Origin: Eledone cirrhosa | Lineage: Eukaryota | NCBI GenBank assembly: GCA_964016885.1 | Contig: OZ024742.1 | Coordinates: forward strand, 201,562,001 to 201,626,000 | Direction: 5' to 3' | DNA length: 64,000 nt | Part shown: piece by piece, positions 41,797 to 56,759 of the stretch | Layout of the letters: the number at the start of each line of letters is the position of its first letter | How positions within the stretch are numbered: position 1 is the first letter of the stretch | Translations under genes and position numbers: made by a program | The notes under the pieces: generated by a model | Told to the model about the DNA's origin: nothing | The model's input: only the letters and a program-made list of their open reading frames with translations | Databases searched by the model: none

Positions 41797-44301
41797 GCCA
41801 GTGGAAAGAGACAGAGTAATTATGAGAGACATAGAAACAACCATGAGGCTGTTGGTGGAAATAGAAATAGAAACAACACAACTAACTATAACAATAGCAC
41901 TAGCACACATAAAGCAGCAGCCTGGAACTCTCCGTTTTATAATCCCTCCGATAAATCATTCGACCTGCGACGAGTCCACGCCACGACTTTACCATTTAAC
42001 ACACGCACGCAATTGCCGTCGCAGGTCGATGAACAAACAGAAGCACAATTTAGTATAGCTAGATCCGAACTTAGAAATATTATAGAACAGTATAGCAAGA
42101 AGCATAATAGAATGGAGGCCCAGCAACTGGGAGAAAAATCTGCAAATGGCTTGCGTAAGCTCATGCAGCGCTCACGTAATGGAGAGATAGCATGCTTTCC
42201 AACAGACAAGTCTGGCAGAATGTCGGTTGACAGCCTGCCAAACTACATCCAGGCAATGCAACCCCACATCACAAGAGAGGTAACACCACAGGAGCATGAG
42301 GATAGAGAAAAAGCCCTCAATGCCCATATGGTGATGTGGACGAATATAATGCAGCCCAACAAAAGGACCTCCAACAAATTCCAGGCCTGGAACAATGACG
42401 TGCCGGCGTTGTATGGGCTTCGAAAAGACCATAAAACGGGCTGTGACCCTGTCGCGGGACCACCAACACGGCCAGTCTGTGGAGCTAACATTGCTAGTAA
42501 CTACAGAATGTCCTACTTCCTCTCCCTGATCATACGCCCCATCATTGAAATGTCCCCAGATGTATGTGACAGCACGGAGGACCTCCTCAGCAGAATCGGC
42601 GTGAGTAACCGATCTGGGGACCTAACAAACTGCATAATAGGCAGTATGGATGTTGTGTCCCTGTATCCATCTATTGACGTGGATTTTGCTGTGGAGAAAT
42701 GCGTAGAAATGATCAGCGAGAGCAAGGTTGAGTTCCGTGGGATTGATACCAGTGAGCTGGGACTTCTACTTAAGCTTACCTGTAGTAATAGTTACCTAGA
42801 CACATATGACGTTAGCAACCTGTGCCCTACAAGACCAGCAAGAGGCAGACCACCTACCATTACCTCAATGGCCAAGAAAACCCACACAGATAGATGGAAC
42901 GGGTGGATCAGAGCCATACGGACACCCGAAAACCACGATGAACTGAAGAAAATGATTGCACATGCGGTAGGGGCCAGCATAAAACTAACCCTTAAGGAAC
43001 ATATGTTCAAATTTAATGGAAAAACATATGCCCAAGAGGAAGGAGCAGCCATTGGTGTTAGCATTGCAGGCGACATAGCTAACTTATTCATGGTATGGTG
43101 GGACAGTAGACTTAAACTTAAACTTAAAGAACAATTAGAAGACAGCTTAACCCTGATAATGTACTCCCGCTACGTAGATGATATAAACATCGTAGTTAAG
43201 ACACCCCCACTAGAGAACAGTCAGGAACTAGAGAAAAACACAATGGAAAGCATCCAACAGATAGCAAACTCCATCCACCAGAGCACTAGAGTTACTATAG
43301 ACTACCGAAGTAGACACCCCAACCATCGATTACCTGTACTAGACACAGAGCTCTGGTTAGATACCATTAACAACCAAAAACAAATCCTCCATTCCCATTA
43401 TGCCAAACCCATGACTTCCAAACATCTGATCCACCGAAACTCGGCCATTTCAGACCATACCAAAATCAACATACTGATTGCGGATTTGGTACGGGTGATG
43501 AGAAATGTGTCCCGCATGTGCAACCCCGAAGAACTAGAGAGACACATACAACACTTCATCCACCGTATGCAGTTCTCTGGCTACAATCAGAGAGATAGAA
43601 TCAGAGTGTATAGAGGAGCCAGAACTAAATGGGAAAAAATGGTAAATAATGACATAAATGGGACCTGCCCCTTGTATAGGAGCAAATTTTGGAATAGAAT
43701 AGAAAGAACTAGGAACAAGGCTAATAGAATAAACTCATGGTATGATAGCAATAAATACCAGAGTGTTATGTTCATCGATACAACCCCTAGAGGCGAACTA
43801 GCCTACAAATTTAGAAGGGCCCTAAATAAACATAAACTCAATATTAAGATAGTAGAAAGACCAGGAACCTCCTTAAAAACACTTATTAGCAAGACATACC
43901 CTTTCCAAAGACCCTCATGTATAGATAAGAAATGTATAACCTGTAAAATAAGCCCCCATATTAACTGTAAAACTAGAAATGTAGTGTATAGCATAAGATG
44001 TACTGAAGGACAATGTAGAGACAAAAATATAGTGTACATAGGTGAGACAGCTCGTAGTGTAGGGGAACGGATAAATGAACACTGATGAGACCTTCAAGAT
44101 AGTAAAGAATCATCTGTACTCTACCAACATGCTAAAATAGAACAGAAGGGTAAATTAGAGAACATAGAAATAAAAATAGAATCTACACACAGAAAAGACG
44201 CAATGTTTAGACAAATCACAGAGGCAATAAAGATAAAAGAATTACAACCAAAATTAAATAGAAAATATGAGTGGAACAGCAACATCACAACTTACAATTA
44301 A
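41797..44301 (+). pseudogene. PLE RT + GIY-YIG, one long open frame with TGA TGA at 44083-44088
   Basis: PTDKSG, LYGLRKDHK, PPTRPVCG, GSMDVVSLYPSI, QEEGAAIG, RYVDDI, LPVLD, SGY, C..C..C, NVVY.I.C, YIGETARS..R..EH. Confidence 0.92.
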
Positions 44302-44502
44302 GGACAAAATGAAAACACACACACACATAGAACAAACATCCAACCAGTAACATGTAAATAAACAAATAAATGAATGAACATAAACACACACAGACACCCG
44401 GATGTGGCGCATGCGCAGACTGAGCACACAACACACACACAGAAACAAAATGGCGTAGGACAGAACAAAGGAGAAGCACAAAAACAAAGAAAGGAATCCC
44501 CA

Positions 44503-44545
44503 GTCACTGAAGAGGTCACAGAGTGTGTGACGAAAGAACTATGAC
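44503..44545 (+). ncRNA. Hammerhead ribozyme type I
   Basis: GTCA-CTGAAGA-gGTCACA gagtg TGTGAC-GAAA-gaac-TA-TGAC. Confidence 0.85.
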
Positions 44546-45119
44546 AATATATAAACAACTATCTGGTTGTGGAACCAACCAACCAACCAGAAATTTATAA
44601 ATTTATAAATTTATTATAAATTTATTATAATAAATTGAAGTGAAAGCAACTGGTGCGTGTGTTTCTTATTGGCAACATGACCCTCCCAAAGTACAACAAT
44701 ATCGGTTTCAACACACGATTTCAGATAAAGAATCTTGCTAAACAAATTCAGAAACGATATATATATATATATATAACAGAATTGAACGAACATTATTCTG
44801 CCGTCACAGAACTAAAACCCTTTTTTCCCACTACAAGCCGAATATTACATAAAAGAGGGACATCCCCCAACTATATAAACCTTAATCTAGTTAGAAAAAT
44901 ATAAAAACAATCTCTTCTCAACATATATTAATAACCTTAAATTACCACACTAATAATGTAAAGATATGCTGATGAGAATAGGTGCAAATATGCGATAATG
45001 AATGTGTCTAAAAACGTCCATAAGTATGTATATATATGTGAAAATGTATATAAATAAGTAAATATATATATATGTTTGATGTGTATAGTTAGATGTAAGT
45101 GTATTCATGTATTAAAGTG

Positions 45120-45164
<45 letters not shown>

Positions 45165-45722
45165 ATATGTGTATATGGATGTGTATGTATGTGTATGTGT
45201 GTACACATGGACTAGAGTATGTATGTATATATGTTTGTGTCTATACGTGTGTATATAAAGATAAGTTGAGTATGAAAATGTATACACATGAGCGCGTATG
45301 TATGTACATGAATACATGTGTGTATATATATGTGTATGCATGTGTATATATATATGTAAGTATGAATATGAGAATTGTGAGTATATGTATTTTGTAGAGG
45401 TGTGCAAATATATTTGTGTGTGAATGCGTGGGTGAAAGGATACGTACACTTGAAAGAAAAATTTAAGTCTGAATGTTAATTAAGTGCAAACACAAAACCA
45501 ACCACGCATATCTTTACTATCTCTAATCCTTCTATAGATTTAGAAAAATAACCAATAATATATTCTATAAAAAATGTCAAAACAACAGATGGGAATCTAA
45601 TTACTCACTGCCACCAAGAATTCTCACTGCTATCGAAAAACCACTCCTTCAACTATTTTTCTAACAACTTCACCCCTCCCTCCTAATATTCTCTATAAAA
45701 ACTAAATAGGTCCTCAGTAATA

Positions 45723-45842
45723 TTATTCTGATGAAATGACAGTATATAATAACATTGAAATATTGAATGTCTGCATAACTAAAAGTTTGTAGATAGCAGC
45801 TGTTTTAGGTTATGTAACTGTTATAGAAACACGTGTCAATAA
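45723..45842 (+). ncRNA. Hammerhead ribozyme type I with ~90 nt branched stem II
   Basis: TTATT-CTGATGA-aATGACAGT...ACTGTTATa-GAAA-CACGTG-TC-AATAA; GUC cleavage triplet. Confidence 0.8.
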
Positions 45843-46153
45843 ATTCCTTTCAACTAAACTGTATCCATTCAAATCTTTCTATCTATCTATATATATATAT
45901 ATAAATATACATATATATATATATATATATATAAATATACATATATATATATATATATAAATATACATATATAAATATATATATATAAATATACATATAT
46001 AAATATATATATATATATATAAATATACATATATACATATATATATATATATAAATATACATATATATATATATAAATATACACATATATATATATATAT
46101 AAATATACATATATATATATATATATTAATATACATATATATATATAAATATA

Positions 46154-46205
<52 letters not shown>

Positions 46206-46206
46206 A

Positions 46207-46327
<121 letters not shown>

Positions 46328-46340
46328 TATACATATATAC

Positions 46341-46371
<31 letters not shown>

Positions 46372-46374
46372 CAC

Positions 46375-46409
<35 letters not shown>

Positions 46410-46435
46410 CATATAAATATACATATATATATATG

Positions 46436-46985
46436 AATTATAAGAGACAAAGAACTGTTCAAAACATTTTTATGCTTACAACTGTTTCCTCCAAACCGAG
46501 GTTTGGTTTCTTCGGAGCAATTTATTATTGAATGAACATTTATATGACCACCTTTTCACCCAAGAGACATACAGATACATATACAAATATTGTGGGTCAA
46601 CATTCATTACACCATTTAGTATGGCAGTACACATTTAGAGATTACATTCATATTAAAAGATACAATCAAAAATACAGGTTAAAATACATGAAATTAAGCG
46701 GTTATAGAGTGCTATAGTTATACGTGTGCAAGCACGTGCGTCTTGTTTATATAGTGTGGCAGAGAGTTACGTGTAATAGAAGCACTTAAACAGGTGATCA
46801 AGAGTGTTAAGAGGGTTGATCTGGTAATGAATTATTTATATGATTGTTATAGCCTGTGCTTGGAGAAATAATATAAGCATTAAAAATAATGTAAGCATTA
46901 AAAATATTGGAAATGCGTAGCGAAGCGATGATATGGATTTAACTACAAAAGGTTTTTGTATTTGCATAACCATAAATAGTATACT

Positions 46986-46988
<3 letters not shown>
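46436..46988. mobile_element. Diverged family A pLTR remnant, tail-to-tail; HHR with CCGAAGA core at 46473-46520 (-)
   Basis: Minus: ttgct-CCGAAGA-aaCCAAACC/GGTTTGGag-GAAA-cagttg-TA-agca. Plus-strand end CATAACCATAAATAGTA matches the family A terminus. Confidence 0.75.
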
Positions 46989-47063
<75 letters not shown>

Positions 47064-47088
47064 TACATATACATATAAATATATATAT

Positions 47089-47143
<55 letters not shown>

Positions 47144-47328
47144 AATATACATATATATATATAAATATACATATATATAAATATAAATATACATATATAT
47201 ATATATATAAATATACATATATATAAATATACATGTATATATATAAATATACATATATATATATATATATAAATATACATATATATAAATATACATATAT
47301 ATATAAATATACATATATATATAAATAT

Positions 47329-47410
<82 letters not shown>

Positions 47411-47451
47411 GATATTAACAAATGGAAACTATATTTATAAAACCATATTTA

Positions 47452-47512
47452 TTTCATTATACATATTTCAAGGATACTAAGGTAAATTATGGTATGCCTT
47501 CATCAGACAAAA
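47452..47512 (-). ncRNA. Hammerhead ribozyme type I
   Basis: ttttgt-CTGATGA-aggcatac/gtatcctt-GAAA-tatgta-TA-atgaaa. Confidence 0.75.
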
Positions 47513-49548
47513 TACAATATATACCAGTTTTATAAATAAACATTGACGTACCCTTTCAAAATGCGACCATTACTTTTGGACGATATCAGGATAGTGGTTT
47601 GTTTATTTTTATAAGTTGTTTTGTTAAGGATAAGTATAAAGACGGAGAGATAGAGAGAAATGTGGAGAAAAGAAAGGGAGAGATAAATAAAGAAAAAAGA
47701 AGAAAGAAAAGAAAAAAGTAAAAAAGAAAACAGAGGAAAACAACAGAGAGATATCAAACCACCAGACAGAGAGAAAAAACTCAAGAGAGAGAAATATAGA
47801 GATAGAGAGAGGGGGAGAGAACGAAAACCTTAAGTCATGTCATATTAAGTTGAGTTAACATTTGAGATGAAATGAATATATAAAATTAGAAATATTAATA
47901 TTCATGAATGGAATATACATATATAATATGAGAAATTAATCATAGTTTAATTATGATTAGATATTTAGTTTAAAAATTGAGATCAATATATTAAAAATTG
48001 GAATTTAAACATTACAAAATATATATATTGCTAGAGAAATTACCTATCGTATATCACGTACACATAGGCAAAGATACATAAATATATATATACACACACA
48101 CTCGGAAAATACATATTATATCTACTCCCGCATATAACATATACATACAAAGCATAAGTGATTTTTTATTACTGCTATACATTCCTTGTGTTATTAAGTA
48201 AAAAAATTTAGTATATATATATAAATATATAGGATTAACTTTCATGCATCTATGGCTGTTAAATTATGCATATCCGCAATCAAAACTGCATGGGTAAGCA
48301 TGCACACACACAATTCTTAGCTATACAAATATAAATATGTGTGTGCATCTTCACCCAATTGGTAGACACGCGTCACTCATGCATATATACAGACAGACAT
48401 ATACTCATAAAAAAGCATATAACACATGTATATGTATGTTAATACACATATATAGATACATAATCGTATAGAGATAAGTATACATCAATATATTACATAG
48501 TACAATTGAGTATATAAAATACAAAAGGATTATATTTTGGAAATACAATTATATCAATATAACTTAAAAGGCAAACGAATTCTACAAATATCAAAATATT
48601 AAAATATTTTAAAATATTATAGAATATTTCAAGCCAAAATAATATGTTTAATAGATTTAGTATAGAAATTTATCTTACGTATATTTTACTCAAGATATTG
48701 AAAGGATAAACTTTTGAAAATTATGAGAAGCTATCAGAATAAAAACAAACCTAATAAAAAATAAATAACATATTATATCAATATAACTTAAAAAACAAGG
48801 ATTCTACAGATATCAAAATATTATAGAATATTTTAAGCTAAAATAATATGTTTAATATATTTAGTATAGAGATTTATCTTACGTATATTTCATTCAAGAT
48901 ATTGAAAGGCTAAACTTTTCTAGAATAGTTTATTATATTTATATTTATATTTAGGAAGAAAATTTATACTTGAGAACTTAACCAAAGAAAATGAAAAAGG
49001 TGAAGGAATCTAATGATTTATCGACAGGTTTCATATATTAACCAAATTACTTAATTAATTGTACTACATTTTAAATTTATATTTATATTTAAACGTTGAG
49101 TTCAATCTATGTCTGCAGCAACTGAATAAATCATTCCTTAAATTAAGGGAATTTTTGGTCTTTAATATAAAGAATATTTCCTCTATACAAAGATCACAAT
49201 TTTCTGAAGAGGAGTTAAAAGGAGTAGCTTATGAAATAATATTCCAAATCAGCGAATATTCAACATTATCTCGTTTTAGGTCCCATAATAGGCTAGATAG
49301 CGAAGTTGAAGATTTTTTGTTTGGATCCGTAAAAGAGTTTTTATGATTATTGAAGCGGGATTTAAATTCTGTAGAGGTAGAACCGACATAATTAAATGAA
49401 TTTAAATTAGTTTTAACATTATAATTATAAACTACATTTTAGCTAAGCAGTTGTTATTTAACGGACAGTTGGATTTATTTCTACAGTTACAATTATTCGA
49501 TTGGATATTGCTTGGGTTATTATTGGTATTTTGGTTACGTTTTAAATT

Positions 49549-49738
49549 GGTGGTGGATTGGCAGTATCGGTAGAGGGTCGGACGCCATGCTTTCCAGCAT
49601 AGTTACGTCCCTTTACGATCTGAGTTCAAATCCCGCCGAGGTTGACTTTGCCTTTCATCCTTACGGGGTCGATAAAATAAAGTACCAGTAATGCACTGGG
49701 TAATTGCTGGCCTTGTGCCTAAAGTAGAAACAATTATT
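49549..49738 (+). mobile_element. tRNA-derived SINE, copy 3, inserted antisense in the family C ORF
   Basis: Same family as 1044 and 25190; breaks the ORF after NLAQNINRINN. Confidence 0.9.
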
Positions 49739-50603
49739 AATTCTATTAATATTTTGCGCTAAATTTTTGGTGGAAGAATAAGTTAATTTTATAGTATGTC
49801 TATTAAAAATTGAGTAATATTTATGTGTTCTAGGGAAGCGTTTGTCAAGAGCTTTAAAGAATAGTTTAGCAATAGGGGTTTTAATATTTAGTGAGAAAGG
49901 AGGAGCAAACCATAATATATTCCTAGTTCTATTTCTTTTTCGGCTTTCGGAATTATTGTAATGTTTTCTATTATAGTTGTTAAAATTGTTACCATAATTA
50001 AAGTTGTTATTATTTTGGTTAGTTTGTATATTATTATTATTATCGATGTATTTAATTTTATTTCTATACCCAGCTCTACCTAACGCTTCGTTGTAATAAT
50101 GCACTTTTTCATCAAATATATTCTTATTAGATGAAATTCTTGAAATTCGTTCTTGAACAGAGTTCACTATAGTATATTTAACGGATCTGGGGTGATTAGA
50201 GTTAAAATTGACATAATTTAAGTTCTCATTTAGTTTGTGAAATGGATAATGAAGACATGTGTTGAGATTTAGTGTTACATCTAGAAAATTGACTATTTTA
50301 TGGTTATTCTCTATTTCTACTTTTAGATTAAGGTAATTAAAAAATTGTATAATTTGTTTTCTTTTTCTATTTGGTTCACAGCTATTATTTTCTATAAGTA
50401 AAATCATGTCGTCACGATATAAGCTTCCGGTTACACCTGGTATTTTTCTATGTAGAGAATTAATTATATCTCCGTCTTTATACTTATCCTTAACACAACA
50501 ACTTACTAAATTAAACAAACCACTATCCTGATGTCGTCCAAAAGTAATGGTCGCATTTTGAAAGGGTATCTCAATGTTTATTTATAAAACTGGTATATAT
50601 TGT

Positions 50604-50664
50604 TTTTGTCTGATGAAGGCATACCATAATTTAACTTGGTATCCTTGAAATATGTATAATGAAA
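50604..50664 (+). ncRNA. Hammerhead ribozyme type I (inverted pLTR)
   Basis: ttttgt-CTGATGA-aggcatacca/tggtatcctt-GAAA-tatgta-TA-atgaaa. Confidence 0.78.
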
Positions 50665-50796
50665 TAAATATGGTTTTATAAATATAGATTCCATTTGTTA
50701 ATATCGTATATCTATTCCAAATACTTGTCGAGTGCTTTATATCAGTTATAAAAATATTTGCTTGTTGTATCCCAACAATTTAAATAGAACTTTTGC

Positions 50797-50847
<51 letters not shown>

Positions 50848-51002
50848 TACATATATGTATATATATATATATATATAAATATACACATATATATATATAT
50901 ATACACATATATATATATATATACACACATATATATATATATACACACATATATATATATACAGACATATATATATACACACACATATATATATATACAG
51001 AC

Positions 51003-51095
<93 letters not shown>

Positions 51096-51134
51096 CATAT
51101 ATATATATATATAAATATACATATATATATATAA

Positions 51135-51171
<37 letters not shown>

Positions 51172-51177
51172 TACATA

Positions 51178-51320
<143 letters not shown>

Positions 51321-51724
51321 ATAATAATAAATTTGAAGACTAAAATACAAAGAGGGCTCGATAAGGATAAATATATATCAAATATATAAGAACCGTAGAG
51401 CAAATATTTATTAAAATAACAGATTAAAGATTAAGCAAAGAATCGCTGCTTTCACCCTTAACGGGATCTTCTGAAACTAACAAAGTCAATCTGTAAACGC
51501 AGAAGTGGATATTTCAAAAAACGTTGCAACCGGAGGAAGACAGGAAGACGATACTTTGATATATATAAATATACATATATATATATATATATAAATATAC
51601 ATATATATATACATATATATAAATATATATAAATATATATAAATATATATATATAAATATACATATATATATATATATACATATATAGATATACATATAT
51701 ATATATATACATATATAAATATAC

Positions 51725-51778
<54 letters not shown>

Positions 51779-51912
51779 TACTAGGGAGAGGATCAGGGGT
51801 GTATAACACTCCACTTATCCAGCAGGCAGTATAAGGTTAGCTCGATGTCTGAGGACAGAGCCGTGATATAGTAAATAACAAAGAACGCCTATAGCATATG
51901 CATATCTTTACT

Positions 51913-51958
51913 TGCTAACATTGTTTCATCCGCACTATAAGTGGGACTCATCAGAGCA
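51913..51958 (-). ncRNA. Hammerhead ribozyme type I (left arm)
   Basis: Reverse complement of 54156-54201. Confidence 0.88.
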
Positions 51959-52122
51959 TAAAGGTTAATTACATACCATACAAGCAATAACAAATCCAAG
52001 ACATTGAAGAATGAAAAATAATAGAAGATAAAGGATATTAAGGAAGTAAAAGTAAAAATAAGAATAAAAATAAAAATAAAAATAAAAATAAAAATAAAAA
52101 TAAAAATAAAAATAAAAATAAA

Positions 52123-52153
<31 letters not shown>

Positions 52154-52721
52154 TAAAAATAAAATAAAATAAAAATAAAATAATAAAAATAAAAATAAAA
52201 ATAAAAATAAAAATAAAAATAAAAATAAAAATAAAAATAAAAATAAAAATAAAAATAAAAATAAAAATAAAAATAAAAATAAAAATAAAAATAAAAATAA
52301 AAATAAAAATAAAATAATAAAATAAACAATGAAAAATAAGGGGTGCTATCAGTCGCAGTTGGGCGGGGTGCTGTCAACATATAGTTACATACAAGCATAC
52401 ACATGGATAAGAGAACAGACAAGAGTAGATAAGATAGATAGGATTAGGTAAGAGTAGGTAAAAAATAGGTGAAAAACAGACTTATAATATATATAAGAAA
52501 ATATAAAGAAATATATAACAAACTTACATATAAAATAAAATATACAGATAATAGTGATACAGGGTAAGGAATGAAATAAAATAATATAAAATTAAAATTA
52601 AAATTATATAAAATAGAACATAATATAATATAATCATAAAATAAGATAAAATAAGGTAAACTAAGGTAAAATAAAATAGACTAAAGTAAAATAATATAAT
52701 ATAAGATATAATTAAATGTAA

Positions 52722-52753
<32 letters not shown>

Positions 52754-53573
52754 AATTAAATTAAATAAATAAATAAAATTAAAATTAAAATTAAATTTAA
52801 ATAAATAAATAAATAAATAAATAAGTAAATAAATAAATAAATAAATAAATAAATGAAATTAAATAAGTAAATAAATAAAATTAGATAAAATGAAATGAAA
52901 TAAAATAAAATAAAATGAAATAAAATAAAATAAAATGAAATAAAGTAAATTGAGATAAGATATATATTTCTTTAGAATATATCTCTTGAATATATCAGGG
53001 GCCCACGAAGGCACTAAGTGTCACAGTTATCTGTATCACTTGACCATTTTTTAAAAATATATTTCTTGAAAATATCAGGGCCCCACGAAGGCACTGTGAA
53101 CCGGTTTGTGATTACCCCACCGCTCAACTGTGTGAATGCACACCCGTGACTTTCGAGTGAACTTTTGGGACTGCCCAACCTGGGACGCCTCCATTGCCTT
53201 GCAATGGTCAAGTGATACTGCTGACTGTGACACTTAGTGCCTTCGTGGGCCCCTGATATCTTCAAGAAATATATTTTTAAAAAATGGTCAAGTGATACAA
53301 ATAACTGTGACACTTAGTGCCTTCGTGGGCCCCTGATATATTCAAGAGATATATTCTAAAAAAATATATATCTTATCTCAATTTACTTTATTTCATTTTA
53401 TTTTATTTTATTTCATTTTATTTTATTTTATTTCATTTCATTTTATCTAATTTTATTTATTTACTTATTTAATTTCATTTATTTATTTATTTATTTATTT
53501 ACTTATTTATTTATTTATTTATTTATTTAAATTTAATTTTAATTTTAATTTTATTTATTTATTTAATTTCATT

Positions 53574-53605
<32 letters not shown>

Positions 53606-54155
53606 TTACATTTAATTATATCTTATATTATATTATTTTACTTTAGTCTATTTTATTTTACCTTAGTTTACCTTATTTTATCTTATTTTATGATTATATT
53701 ATATTATGTTCTATTTTATATAATTTTAATTTTAATTTTATATTATTTTATTTCATTCCTTACCCTGTATCACTATTATCTGTATATTTTATTTTATATG
53801 TAAGTTTGTTATATATTTCTTTATATTTTCTTATATATATTATAAGTCTGTTTTTCACCTATTTTTTACCTAATCCTATCTATCTTATCTACTCTTGTCT
53901 GTTCGCTTATCCATGTGTATGCTTGTATGTAACTATATGTTGACAGCACCCCGCCCAACTGCGACTGATAGCACCCCTTATTTTTCATTGTTTATTTTAT
54001 TATTTTATTTTTATTTTTATTTTTATTTTTATTTTTATTTTTATTTTTATTCTTATTTTTACTTTTACTTCCTTAATATCCTTTATCTTCTATTATTTTT
54101 CATTCTTCAATGTCTTGGATTTGTTATTGCTTGTATGGTATGTAATTAACCTTTA

Positions 54156-54201
54156 TGCTCTGATGAGTCCCACTTATAGTGCGGATGAAACAATGTTAGC
54201 A
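54156..54201 (+). ncRNA. Hammerhead ribozyme type I (right arm)
   Basis: TGCT-CTGATGA-GTCC cact tat agtg c GGAT-GAAA-CAATG-TT-AGCA. Confidence 0.88.
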
Positions 54202-54240
54202 AGTAAAGATATGCATATGCTATAGGCGTTCTTTGTTATT

Positions 54241-54311
<71 letters not shown>

Positions 54312-54328
54312 TATATATATATATATAA

Positions 54329-54391
<63 letters not shown>

Positions 54392-54392
54392 A

Positions 54393-54439
<47 letters not shown>

Positions 54440-54440
54440 A

Positions 54441-54496
<56 letters not shown>

Positions 54497-54498
<2 letters not shown>

Positions 54499-55143
54499 CG
54501 TTTCTGAATTTGTTTAGCAAGATTCTTTATCTGAAATCGTGTGTTGAAACCGATATTGTTACACTTTGGGAGGGTCATGTTGCCAATAAGAAACACACGC
54601 ACCAGTTGCTTTCACTTCAATTTAATTTATTAAATATTTATAAATTTACAAATTTATAAATTTCTGGTTGGTTGGTTGGTTCCACAACCAGATAGTTGTT
54701 TATATATATATAGTCATAGTTCTTTCGTCACACACTCTGTGACCTCTTCAGTGACTGGGGATTTCTTTCTTCGTTTCTGTGCCTTTCCTTTCTTCTATCC
54801 TACGCCATTTTGTTTGTGTGTGAGTTGCGTGCTCAGTTTGCGCATGCGCCACATCCGGGTGTCTGTGTGTGTTTGTGTTCATTTTTCTATTTTTCTATTT
54901 ATATTTTTCTATTTGTTTGTTTATTTATTTATTTATTGTTGGTTGGTTGTTTGTTCTATGTGTGTGTGTGTTTTCATTTTGTCTTGTGTGTGTTTTCATT
55001 TTGTGTGTGTTTTCAATTGTAAGTTGTTTGTTCTATGTGTGTGTGTGTTTTCATTTTGTCCTTAATTGTAAGTTGTGATGTTGCTGTTCCACTCATATTT
55101 TCTATTTAATTCTTTTATGCTTACTGCCTCTGTAATTTGCCTA
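54497..55143 (-). mobile_element. Nematis-like PLE pLTR fragment with intact HHR at 54712-54756
   Basis: Matches 44210-44757; (TA)n on both sides. Confidence 0.9.
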
Positions 55144-55177
55144 AAATATATATATATATATATATACATATATATAC

Positions 55178-55240
<63 letters not shown>

Positions 55241-55241
55241 A

Positions 55242-55293
<52 letters not shown>

Positions 55294-55335
55294 GAGGAGG
55301 AGGTTATAGTTCACTTGAAGCATTGTGTAATGAGG

Positions 55336-55672
55336 TATAAACTTTTGAATATGTGTAATAATGCCAAAACAATGCAGGTATGGACACAGAAAAAAGAATG
55401 CAATTGTAAAAGATATTGTTGACAATTCGTCCTTTACCTTGAATTTATTTAAATGTCCTTAATTTTCGAGATAATATCTCTTCTTCGGAGGGAAATAAAG
55501 GTCTCAAACCAGCGTTCTAAATATCTAGCCAAGCTATCTCGAAAATTAAGGACATTTAAATAAATTCAAGGTAAAGGACGAATTGTCAACAATATCTTTT
55601 ACAATTGCATTCTTTTTTCTATGTCCATACCTGCATTGTTTTGGCTTTATTACACATATTCAAACGTTTATA
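55336..55672. repeat. ~137 bp inverted repeat (55336-55473 / 55535-55672) with minimal CCGAAGA-core HHR at 55457-55491 (-)
   Basis: Minus: CCT-CCGAAGA-aGAGAT att ATCTC-GAAA-AT-TA-AGG; the right arm starts inside stem II. Confidence 0.8.
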
Positions 55673-55709
55673 AATATATATATATAAAAATACATATATA
55701 TATATATAA

Positions 55710-55788
<79 letters not shown>

Positions 55789-55816
55789 TACAAATATATA
55801 TATATATAAATATATA

Positions 55817-56140
<324 letters not shown>

Positions 56141-56556
56141 TATATACCCTCGATTTTGTTGTGTTCACCTGGAGGTGTTTACACTTACTCAACACGTTAT
56201 TTTAATATTTCCTATTGATTTTACAATCCGCTATCGGCTGAAATAACACGGTAACAGTGAATGAATTACAAATTGAAGTTTACACGATTGGAAAATCTTT
56301 GGGATATACGCAGCAATAATTTGGTCATATGAGAGAAACGGACAGGTCATCGGTTAATTGTTCTGATGTTACGTTCCATCACACTTTGAGTACACTTCAA
56401 CGAATAGAAATGTATCAAGAAAATTAATATAACGATTTTGTGGAAGTGCAATGATGTTTGAGAAGATGACTTCATTGATGATGATAATGTACGTATATAT
56501 ATATATTTATATATATATATATGTACAAACACTCACACAGCACACACACGCACGCA

Positions 56557-56587
<31 letters not shown>

Positions 56588-56603
56588 TCGCATACATATA
56601 TAT

Positions 56604-56692
<89 letters not shown>

Positions 56693-56701
56693 CATACATA
56701 C

Positions 56702-56759
<58 letters not shown>

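Larger units (their letters stand above)
41078..44757 (+). mobile_element. Nematis-like PLE, 5'-truncated, with inverted 3'-end copy (41078-41737 vs 44046-44700)
   Basis: Inverted repeat includes the ORF end and pLTR; both outer ends in (TA)n; clade label is from motif recall. Confidence 0.88.
47405..50710 (-). mobile_element. Naiad-like PLE (family C), 5'-truncated, inverted pLTRs 47405-47648 / 50469-50710
   Basis: GSLYRDD, NFLDVTL, SNHP, WFAPPFS, KLTYS, CNC..CPL..C, VVY..YVG, CDLC; interrupted by a SINE; left end joins (TA)n, right end lies ~85 bp from the next (TA)n. Confidence 0.9.
51776..54242. mobile_element. Non-coding palindromic PLE-type unit: arms 51872-53095 / 53236-54242, 140 bp spacer, one HHR per arm
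   Basis: Inverted arms read directly; no RT-like ORF; (TA)n on both sides. Confidence 0.85.

Noticed and set aside
44082-44088. TGA TGA as Sec or readthrough, and CTGATGA as an HHR core
   Set aside because: Paralogs read TGG CGA (near 3305) or TTG CGA (near 41698), so these are point mutations. No stem II or GAAA follows.
44969-45020. CTGATGA motif
   Set aside because: No GAAA or helices.
51450-51480. Minus-strand CAGAAGA-tccc/gggt-GAAA
   Set aside because: Mutated core and no stem I or NUH.
52960-53360. 80 bp repeats considered as a CRISPR-like array
   Set aside because: Only two units per arm, no unique spacers, eukaryotic context and no cas genes.
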